From Pedosphaera sp. (GTDB lineage Bacteria > Verrucomicrobiota > Verrucomicrobiia > Limisphaerales > SIBH01): a DNA stretch of 26,471 nt. This document shows positions 8,339 to 15,486 of the stretch, piece by piece (the first letter of the stretch is position 1; each line of letters opens with the position of its first letter). The notes below the pieces were generated by a model. That model made no database searches, was not told where the DNA came from, and worked only from the letters and a program-made list of their open reading frames with translations. Location of the stretch: assembly GCA_031414955.1 (NCBI GenBank), contig JANOQV010000167.1, forward strand, positions 1-26,471, in the 5' to 3' direction. Both the position numbers and the translations under genes were made by a program.

Positions 8339-8463
8339 GGGGCGTGACCTACTCACGCCCCGACACAGGCACTGGTAAGCCCTCACGAGAACGCTTTGGG
8401 GCACGCCCGATGGGGCGTGCCTCGTTGCGTGACTCGTGAGCGGAAATTACCAGTTTCGTGTCG
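8339..8463 (-). ncRNA. Candidate structured leader RNA / palindromic element upstream of the large secreted protein
   Basis: Nested helices: 8361-8366/8458-8463, 8371-8378/8447-8454, 8382-8389/8433-8440, 8391-8394/8427-8430 and 8400-8408/8413-8421, plus a separate 9-bp hairpin 8339-8347/8353-8361. Strand and function are inferred. Confidence 0.55.
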
Positions 8464-8733
8464 AGCAGCAGCCGAAGCCGCAAAGTTGTTGTTTGATTCG
8501 TCGTTTACATACGGAGTTTCAGCAGGCGCGCGCCATGATGAGAACGTCCGGGGGGATTGCGAGGAGAATTGTTCAGGAAAATGTCGCGCAGCCTTTCCGA
8601 TAGTTTCATCACATCGGTTTCCAAATTCACGCAGGGTCGCGCCCATGCGGCAATCAACGCGAGGGGAAGGAGCGGAACAGAACGGGGCGGCGGGAGAATT
8701 CACGTACCCGGCGATCCGCGACTCAGGCGCAAA

Positions 8734-9285
8734 TCAGTTATTGATCACGCCCAGGATGCTGGAGCGCGGCACGGGGCCGAAGGCGCGGCTGTCCACGCTG
8801 CGGGCGCGGTTGTCGCCGAGCACGAAGTAGAAGTCGCGCGGGATCACGGTGGCTTTGCCCAAGGGCATCCTGTCCATCAGTCCGGTGGGAGTGGCGGCGT
8901 ACGGTTCGGCCAGCCGGTGGCCGTTGACGAAGGCGGAATCGCTTTGCATCACGATGGTTTCGCAGGGCAGGCCGACGATGCGTTTGACGATGAGGTCGCC
9001 GGTCTCGGGGTCTTTCAAAACGACCATCTCGCCGCGCTGGGGTTCGCGGTGCAGGTAGGCGAAGCGGTTCAGGAGCAGGCGATCACCGGCATGGAGCGTG
9101 GGGAACATGCTGGCTCCCTTGACTTCCACCGCCGTAACCACGACGCGACTGAAGAAAAGATAGCTGATGAAGGAAAAACCCAGGATGAAGGCGAACTTCA
9201 ACAGCGGGTGGCGCCGGGCCTGGGCGGTGGCGGAGAAAAAGGTGGACGGGGTGCTGGTTTTGGTCGCGGCCGTTTCGTTGTTCAT
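8734..9285 (-). CDS. lepB: Signal peptidase I (S26 family)
   Basis: Start trimmed to ATG 9285 (MNNETAA). One TM helix, then catalytic Ser box VKGASMFPTL, Lys box LIVKRIVGLP and box E YFVLGDNRARSVDSRAFGPV. Confidence 0.93.
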   Translation of the reverse strand: MNNETAATKTSTPSTFFSATAQARRHPLLKFAFILGFSFISYLFFSRVVVTAVEVKGASMFPTLHAGDRLLLNRFAYLHREPQRGEMVVLKDPETGDLIVKRIVGLPCETIVMQSDSAFVNGHRLAEPYAATPTGLMDRMPLGKATVIPRDFYFVLGDNRARSVDSRAFGPVPRSSILGVINN

Positions 9286-9308
9286 GCTGTTTCCGTTCAA
9301 CCGTCTGC

Positions 9309-9336
9309 TTGCAAAGATGTTTAAACTCTTTGCCAA
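9309..9336. promoter_or_regulatory. Near-perfect AT-rich palindrome upstream of lepB (candidate operator)
   Basis: ttGCAAAGA-t-GTTTAAAC-TCTTTGCcaa in the DUF362-lepB intergenic gap. Confidence 0.4.
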
Positions 9337-9379
9337 TCCGCAGCAAGGCCCGCTGCTACGGGCCGACAGGTAGGGGAAT

Positions 9380-10462
9380 CTACGGTTTTGGAATCTTGAC
9401 CGTTCGCACTTCGATCCGGCCCGGTTCGGCCACGCCCAACTCCAGCAGGGCCGCATTGTGAAACAGATCCAGATGGTTGGTGTGCGAGGTGAGCGGGCCT
9501 TCAGCACGAGCGCGCTGCGCGTTGATTTCCTGCACGGAAAGCAGGTCGAGCGCGACCGGGTCGGTGCTGAACCGGAGCTGATTCAACTCGATGGAGTGAT
9601 GCAGCCGTCCAATCTGCTCGCCTTCATACTGACAGATGAGCGCATCCACGATGTGCAGGGACACGCGATCTCCGAGGGAGGGCAGGGCGTAGATTTCGGG
9701 AATGGCCTGGGCCAGACGGGGTGCGCTGCCCTCGAATCGGATGGTGTTGTCCACGCTGCCGAGCGCGAGGCTGTAAAGGTTGCCGCAGACCCCGCCAGCA
9801 TAATTGTTGAGCAGCGGAGAGACGTTGATAATCTTCGTGACCTCCTTCGTGAGCAGTCTGGTGACGAAGGACTTGCGCCCGATGCCTTCGCCCTTCTGCT
9901 GGAATTCCAAATCGCCGAAAACCAGTTGGCCGAGGAGGGCTGAGTCGTAGAACGCTTTCTCATCCCAACCGGAATCCATCGCACCAGCCAGCCGCACGCC
10001 GTAATGGCGGGCGACGTCGCTGAAACCGGCGCGGCGCAAATCGGAGAGCAGTTGATCCCAGATGATGATGCGGTTGGTGGGCAGGCCGGCCGCGAGCAGG
10101 CCTTCGATGACGCCCGCGACCACCTCGGGGCGCGTGCCGACGTGGGGGCCAGGGTTGGAATACACTTTGATCCCGACCACGTCTTGGGTGGATACAAATT
10201 TACGCCACGCGGCCGCAACATCGGCCAGGCCGGTGAATTGAGTCAGGCCATGCTGCACCAGGGCGCGCACCACTTCCGGTTTCGGTTTGAAAGCTTCCGT
10301 CGCTGCGTTGTCCTGCACGATGACGACACGCGCGAAGGGGGCTTGAGCAGCGACAGGTGCGGCGTTGAAGGCAAAAGCCACGCCCGCGCGAGCCACGCTG
10401 AGGCTGGCCAGAGCACACGCGAACAGTCGAATCAGCGCGTAAAACAGGGCGTTCCTTGACAC
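9380..10462 (-). CDS. DUF362 domain-containing exported protein
   Basis: Motifs FVSTQDVVGIKV..., TRPEVVAGVIEGL..AG...IIIWD, KIINV, IVDALICQYEG, STDPVALD, preceded by a signal-like N-terminus. Start trimmed to GTG 10462 (uncertain) because the longer ORF overlaps the divergent TPR gene. Confidence 0.8.
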   Translation of the reverse strand: MSRNALFYALIRLFACALASLSVARAGVAFAFNAAPVAAQAPFARVVIVQDNAATEAFKPKPEVVRALVQHGLTQFTGLADVAAAWRKFVSTQDVVGIKVYSNPGPHVGTRPEVVAGVIEGLLAAGLPTNRIIIWDQLLSDLRRAGFSDVARHYGVRLAGAMDSGWDEKAFYDSALLGQLVFGDLEFQQKGEGIGRKSFVTRLLTKEVTKIINVSPLLNNYAGGVCGNLYSLALGSVDNTIRFEGSAPRLAQAIPEIYALPSLGDRVSLHIVDALICQYEGEQIGRLHHSIELNQLRFSTDPVALDLLSVQEINAQRARAEGPLTSHTNHLDLFHNAALLELGVAEPGRIEVRTVKIPKP

Positions 10463-10485
10463 GTTCAGGCGGCGGATGCTACCAC
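10456..10485 (+). promoter_or_regulatory. Possible sigma70-type promoter for the TPR gene
   Basis: TTGACA at 10456-10461 and TGc-TACCAC ending at 10485 (18-bp spacer), 8 nt before ATG 10494. Confidence 0.35.
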
Positions 10486-10493
10486 GGCCCCAA

Positions 10494-12296
10494 ATGGTGG
10501 CTACCAAAAATCCCACTCGGAACTGGCTCTTGCTGCTGGCGACAGTCGCCCTCGGCGTGTTTTGCGGCTGCACTCCGCCGGGACCGCGCGCTTTGCTCCA
10601 GGGCGAGGACTTGCTGCATAAGGGTAAGCTGGCGGAGGCCGTGGTAAAGCTCAAGACGGCCACCGAGTTGTTGCGTGAAGAACCGCGCGCTTACAACCTG
10701 CTCGGTCTCGCTTATCATCGCTCTGGACAGCTGCAACTCGCCGCCCAAGCCTATCGCCAGGCGTTGACGCGCGACCGCAGCAACCTCGTGGCTGTGGCGC
10801 ATTTTAATCTCGGCTGTCTCTTGCTGGAACAGAACAACCCGGCTGGAGCGGCGGATGAGTTGCGCAGTTATACCCTCACCACCAATAGCCTGCCCGGACT
10901 GATCAAACTCGGTACCGCGCAACTGCGCTTGCGGCAGTTCCCGGCCGCCGAGGTTTCTCTCACCGCCGCCCTGCGCCTCGATCAGAAGCACCCGGAAGTG
11001 TTGAATGGTCTCGGCGTCTTGCATGCGCAACGCGGGCAGCGCGATGCGGCCCAATTCTTCGGCTCCGCCTTGCAGGCAAGTCCGAAGTATGGTCCCGCTC
11101 TCCTGAATGCCGCGCTGGTCGGCCAACAGAATTCCGCCACCAAGCCCGCCGCCTTGCAGCGGTGTCGTGAGTATCTTGCGCTCCATCCTCAATCGCCACA
11201 GGCCGGGGCGGTGCAAGCGATGGCGCGGCAGTTGGAAATCGATCTGACTCCGGCGCGTCCGGTCCTTGTTCCGACCAGCCCCGTGGTCCAGGTCGCTCCT
11301 GCGCTCAGATCCAATCTGGTGACGACGGTTCCGGCACCGTCCCTTACGAATGTGCCGCCCGCGACCAGCGCCCTGCCGCGCGTGGCGACATTGATCAAGC
11401 CCACCCCCGTCGTGGTCCTGCCTAAAACCAACCCGGCGGTGGTCGCAACAAATCCGCTGGCGGAGGTCTCCAAGGTGCCCGTGACCGTCGTGGTGGTGAC
11501 CAACGAGCCGGCCCCAAGAATCGCCGTGGCCGATCCCGTCACCCTGGCGGTGGTGAAGCCCGTGGTGGTTCCCGTGCCCAAGCCCGCGACGGCTCCGGCA
11601 ACATCGATCACGGATCCGCGATTTGAGTCGCCAGCCGATTCGCCCAAACCGGGTTTCTTCACGCGCCTGAATCCTTTTCGTGGCAAGCCTGCTCCTGCGA
11701 CCAACGCCGCCCCGGTGGTCGAGGCTTCCCGGACCATTGTTTTGAATCCGTCCGCCCATGCGACGCCTGCGGCGCGGCCGGTTTTCCCGCGCTACAATCA
11801 CTCCGTGAAAAATCGGCCCGCCGCGGGCAATCGCGCCGATGCGGAACGCGCCGCGCAGCAGGCGGCCCGGGCACAGCGCGGCGGCCGCACCAACGAGGCG
11901 CTGCTCGATTATCAACTTGCGGTCAACGCCGACCCTTCCTTCTTCGACGCGCAATACAACGCCGCCCTGCTCGCGCTCCTCTCAGGCGATTTGCCCCGCG
12001 CGCTATCCGGCTATGAAGCCGCGCTGGCCATTGAGCCGGACTCGATCAATGCCCGCTATAATTTTGCCCTCGCGCTCAAGCAGGGTGGTTACGCGCATGA
12101 TGCGGCGAGTGAATTGCAACGAATCCTGGAAGCCAAACCAAACGAGACGCGGGCTCACCTCACCCTGGCCAATCTCTTCGCGCAGCAGTTGGAGGATGCC
12201 GACCGGGCGCGGCCACACTATGTGAAGGTCATCGAACTGGATGCGCGCAACCCGCAGTCCGCCGCCATTCGTTTCTGGCTGGCGGCCCACCCGTGA
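10494..12296 (+). CDS. Tetratricopeptide-repeat lipoprotein (N- and C-terminal TPR clusters, Pro/Val/Thr-rich linker)
   Basis: Signal WLLLLATVALGVFCG-C; TPR motifs AYNLLGLAYH, AHFNLGCLLL, VLNGLGVLHA, AQYNAALL, ARYNFALAL, AHLTLANLF. Alternative start at 10476. Confidence 0.9.
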   Translation: MVATKNPTRNWLLLLATVALGVFCGCTPPGPRALLQGEDLLHKGKLAEAVVKLKTATELLREEPRAYNLLGLAYHRSGQLQLAAQAYRQALTRDRSNLVAVAHFNLGCLLLEQNNPAGAADELRSYTLTTNSLPGLIKLGTAQLRLRQFPAAEVSLTAALRLDQKHPEVLNGLGVLHAQRGQRDAAQFFGSALQASPKYGPALLNAALVGQQNSATKPAALQRCREYLALHPQSPQAGAVQAMARQLEIDLTPARPVLVPTSPVVQVAPALRSNLVTTVPAPSLTNVPPATSALPRVATLIKPTPVVVLPKTNPAVVATNPLAEVSKVPVTVVVVTNEPAPRIAVADPVTLAVVKPVVVPVPKPATAPATSITDPRFESPADSPKPGFFTRLNPFRGKPAPATNAAPVVEASRTIVLNPSAHATPAARPVFPRYNHSVKNRPAAGNRADAERAAQQAARAQRGGRTNEALLDYQLAVNADPSFFDAQYNAALLALLSGDLPRALSGYEAALAIEPDSINARYNFALALKQGGYAHDAASELQRILEAKPNETRAHLTLANLFAQQLEDADRARPHYVKVIELDARNPQSAAIRFWLAAHP

Positions 12297-12300
12297 TGGG

Positions 12301-12546
12301 TTAGGGCCGGAGGTGGCCCGCCAGCAGGAAACCGATGTGCTGAATGATTTCGCGATCGGGGTAACGAGGATTGGCCAGAAGCGAACGGCCCCGGGCCACC
12401 ACGGCACTGCGCACCTCGGCCAGACAATCCAGCCGACCCGCCATTTGAGCGCGGTCAAAATCACTGAACCGGGTGGAGGGCTGGGACAGGGGAAGGCTCA
12501 CTCGATGGTGGCGAAATGATCCGAAATGACTGCCGTCAAAATCCAT
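12301..12546 (-). CDS. Small FlgM-like (anti-sigma28-like) protein
   Basis: 81 aa from ATG 12546. The C-terminal half LAEVRSAVVARGRSLLANPRYPDREIIQHIGFLL resembles the FlgM 'vR.e.V...k..i..g.Y......iA..l' pattern, and a sigma28-like promoter lies upstream. Confidence 0.55.
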   Translation of the reverse strand: MDFDGSHFGSFRHHRVSLPLSQPSTRFSDFDRAQMAGRLDCLAEVRSAVVARGRSLLANPRYPDREIIQHIGFLLAGHLRP

Positions 12547-12595
12547 ATGCTTTGTCCGTGTTTTGGCGTGTGTTCCACAATTCACCGACAAATGA

Positions 12596-12623
12596 CTATC
12601 GGCTTGGAACGTCTGCGGCTTGA
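12596..12623 (-). promoter_or_regulatory. Sigma28 (FliA)-like promoter
   Basis: Minus strand TCAAG-N15-GCCGATAG, close to the established TAAAG/TCAAG-N14-GCCGATAA consensus, about 50 nt upstream of ATG 12546. Confidence 0.55.
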
Positions 12624-12845
12624 GCTTCAATGAGTGCAGCTCGCGGCATCTCCTTGGGCCGGCCGACGCGTGGCGGGTCGAGCAAAACAGCGGTAGCCAG
12701 GAATATGCGCCAGGAGAATACGAACGAATGATTGCTGGCCCGACTTTTCGTTCCGTCGTGCTTCAGCCTCCATTCCGGAGGTCCGAGTTCAATGTGCCCG
12801 GCGTGAAGCTTGCTTTTGGCTTTGGGAATGTTTAGTGAACGGGCC

Positions 12846-13220
12846 ATGAATGAACGCATCCTAGTCGTCGATGACGAACCTCAAATTCGCGAGATGCTGT
12901 CCATGTACTTTGCCCGCCACGGGTACGAGACTTCCACGGCGGGAAACACGGCCGAAACCCTCCAGACTGTCACGAATTCCTCCGTGGATGTCGTAATTCT
13001 GGATATTGGTCTGGCGGACGAGGATGGTCTCAAACTGCTGGATCGCCTCAAAAAGGACTTTCCCGCCTTGCGGGTCATCATGCTTACCGGCATGGGCTTG
13101 GTGGAGGATTTGTTGCAAGAAGCGCAGCAAAAGGGTGCCGACGGCTACGTGAGCAAAATCCTGCCGCTGGATGAATTGTTGGCCGCAGTGCAGCGCATTC
13201 TCAAACAGCCGGCTAAATGA
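12846..13220 (+). CDS. Single-domain response regulator (CheY-like receiver)
   Basis: MNERILVVDDE..., phospho-acceptor VVILDIGL, VIMLTG, GADGYVSK; 124 aa with no output domain. Confidence 0.93.
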   Translation: MNERILVVDDEPQIREMLSMYFARHGYETSTAGNTAETLQTVTNSSVDVVILDIGLADEDGLKLLDRLKKDFPALRVIMLTGMGLVEDLLQEAQQKGADGYVSKILPLDELLAAVQRILKQPAK

Positions 13221-13247
13221 CCGCGTCCCTGGGCGTTCCGGCTTCCC

Positions 13248-15401
13248 ATGTTTGAACTGACCGCGCCATTCGAAGCCGCCGGAGATCAGCCGCAGGCCAT
13301 TGCCAAACTGACCGAGGGCGTGCAGTCGGGCGCGAAGCACCAGACCCTCCTCGGCGTCACCGGTTCAGGCAAGACCTTCACGGTGGCGAACGTGATCCGG
13401 AATGTGAACAAGCCCACCCTGGTCATCTCCCATAACAAGACCCTGGCCGCCCAACTCTACGCGGAGTTCAAAGGCTTCTTCCCCAGGAACGCCGTCGAGT
13501 ATTTCGTCAGCTATTTCGACTACTACCAGCCGGAGGCTTACATCCCGCGCACCGACACCTTCATCGAAAAAGATTCGAGCGTGAACGACGCCATTGAGCG
13601 GATGCGACTCTCGACCATGAGTTCACTCTTCTCGCGCCGCGATGTGATCGTGGTGGCGAGCGTGTCGTGCATCTATGGCATAGGGAGCAAGGAAGACTAC
13701 GAGGCGCTGGTCATCCCGCTGCACGCCGGCATGGACCTGACGCGCGACCAGTTGCTCTCCCGCTTCATTGACCTGCAATACTCGCGCAACGACATCGCCT
13801 TCGAGCGGAGCAATTTTCGGGTCCGCGGCGACACGGTGGAGATTTGCCCGGCTTACACGGAGGACGCGCTGCGCATCGAGTTTTTTGGCGACACGGTGGA
13901 ACGGTTGACGAAGTTTGATCCGCTGACCGGCGATACGTTTGAGGAGTTGCAGCACACGATGATTTTCCCCGGCAAACAATTCGTCACGCCGGGCGAGAAG
14001 ATGAAGCGCGCCGTCCTGAGCATCCGCGAGGAACTGACCAACCGCATCGCTGAGTTCGAGAAGAACGGCAAACTGCTCGAAGCTCAACGAGTGAAGATGC
14101 GGACGGAATACGATTTGGAGATGATGACCGAGATGGGATTCTGCTCTGGTATCGAGAATTACTCGCGCCACATCGCGGCGCGTCCGCCCGGCTCACGACC
14201 CTCGACAGTGATTGATTTCTTCCCGAAAGATTTCCTGCTCGTCATCGACGAATCGCACGCCACGCTGCCGCAGATCGGTGGCATGTATGCCGGCGACCGT
14301 TCGCGCAAGACAGTGCTGGTGGAACATGGCTTTCGCCTGCCCAGCGCGCTGGACAATCGCCCGCTGAACTTCGACGAGTTCTCCGCCATGCAGGGCCAGG
14401 CGATTTATGTGAGCGCCACCCCGACGGAGATGGAAATGAAGTTGTCGCGGGAGGACGCCCGCACGCTGCGCAGCCGTGGGTGTGACTCCGCGCCGGGAGA
14501 GCCTTCGGAGGAACAGGGCCGGCGGACGCCCTCGGCCACGGCGTCGCCGGGCATCGTCGAGCTTATCGTCCGCCCCACCGGACTCATCGATCCGACCATC
14601 ACGCTCAAACCGCTCCAGGGCCAGATCGACGACTTGATGGAAGAGGCGCGCAAACGCATCGAACGTCGGGAGCGCGTCCTGGTCACCACCCTGACCAAGC
14701 GCACGGCGGAGGAACTGACCGATTACCTGCGCGACGTCGGCATCAACGTGCGTTACCTGCACAGCGAGATTGATGCGATCGAGCGCGTGGAGATTCTGCG
14801 GGCGTTGCGCAAAGGCGAGTTTGACGTGCTGGTCGGGATCAACTTGCTGCGGGAAGGTCTCGATCTGCCGGAGGTTTCCCTCGTCGCCATCCTTGATGCG
14901 GACAAGGAAGGCTACCTGCGCAGCACGACCAGTCTCATCCAGACAGCCGGCCGCGCCGCGCGCCACTTGAACGGTGAGGTTATTCTCTACGCCGACGTGA
15001 AGACGCAGAGCATTCAGAAATTCCTGGCCATTTCGAATTATCGCCGCGAACGGCAAATCGCCTACAATCAGGCGCACAACATCACCCCGCGCAGTGTGCA
15101 GCGGGCCATCGAGGACAGCCTGAGTGCGAGCGAGGTGGAGAAGAAGAAGGCCGTCGCCCTTTTGAATGAGGCGGCCGGCAACTTCGACGTCACCGAGACC
15201 ATTCGTGAGCTTGAGGAGTCGATGCTGCAGGCCGCGAACAATCTGGAGTTTGAGAAAGCCGCGCTGCTCCGCGATCAGGTCCGCGAGTTGAAGCGCAGCA
15301 CGGAACCGGGCCGCGATGGAAAAACTCCCGGTGCGGGCGCCGCGACCCAGGCGATCACGTACAGCAAGAAGGTGAAGGCCAGGCGCGCAGCCAGTCGGTG
15401 A
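13248..15401 (+). CDS. uvrB: Excinuclease ABC subunit B
   Basis: AGDQPQAI, LLGVTGSGKTFT, HNKTLAAQLY, YFVSYFDYYQPEAY, IDESH, RLPSALDNRPL, GINLLREGLDLPEV, IQTAGRAAR, and C-terminal UVR motif LEFEKAALLRD. Confidence 0.99.
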   Translation: MFELTAPFEAAGDQPQAIAKLTEGVQSGAKHQTLLGVTGSGKTFTVANVIRNVNKPTLVISHNKTLAAQLYAEFKGFFPRNAVEYFVSYFDYYQPEAYIPRTDTFIEKDSSVNDAIERMRLSTMSSLFSRRDVIVVASVSCIYGIGSKEDYEALVIPLHAGMDLTRDQLLSRFIDLQYSRNDIAFERSNFRVRGDTVEICPAYTEDALRIEFFGDTVERLTKFDPLTGDTFEELQHTMIFPGKQFVTPGEKMKRAVLSIREELTNRIAEFEKNGKLLEAQRVKMRTEYDLEMMTEMGFCSGIENYSRHIAARPPGSRPSTVIDFFPKDFLLVIDESHATLPQIGGMYAGDRSRKTVLVEHGFRLPSALDNRPLNFDEFSAMQGQAIYVSATPTEMEMKLSREDARTLRSRGCDSAPGEPSEEQGRRTPSATASPGIVELIVRPTGLIDPTITLKPLQGQIDDLMEEARKRIERRERVLVTTLTKRTAEELTDYLRDVGINVRYLHSEIDAIERVEILRALRKGEFDVLVGINLLREGLDLPEVSLVAILDADKEGYLRSTTSLIQTAGRAARHLNGEVILYADVKTQSIQKFLAISNYRRERQIAYNQAHNITPRSVQRAIEDSLSASEVEKKKAVALLNEAAGNFDVTETIRELEESMLQAANNLEFEKAALLRDQVRELKRSTEPGRDGKTPGAGAATQAITYSKKVKARRAASR
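14469..14540. repeat. Degenerate palindromic (REP-like) element in frame within uvrB
   Basis: Arms cgcagccgtgggtgt (14469-14483) and acgccctcggccacg (14526-14540) are 11/15 complementary. The span is 72 bp (24 codons) and lies in a segment absent from canonical UvrB. Confidence 0.55.
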
Positions 15402-15486
15402 GGGATGGCTTCGGAGGTTCCGTTGTTGGTCTCGGTAAGAACCCTTTCCAATCGGCCGGTTCTGAATCATTGTTGCCTCCGCAATT

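Noticed and set aside
8339..8361. Intrinsic terminator or tRNA call for the leader hairpins
   Set aside because: No U-tract follows the stem on either strand, and there is no cloverleaf or TTC T-loop signature.
8557..9324. 255-aa plus-strand ORF, and the 74-codon N-terminal extension of lepB to 9507
   Set aside because: The first is an antisense shadow of lepB; the extension overlaps the DUF362 gene and lacks S26 features.
9320..9336. Sigma54 promoter (TTGGCA...) upstream of lepB
   Set aside because: GG-N10 is followed by AA rather than the required GC.
12620..12835. 71-aa ORF between the FlgM-like gene and the response regulator
   Set aside because: No recognisable features, and it overlaps the divergent promoter region; cannot be supported.
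14445..14552. Intein in UvrB
   Set aside because: The insert is far too short and lacks Cys/Ser...His-Asn splice junction motifs.
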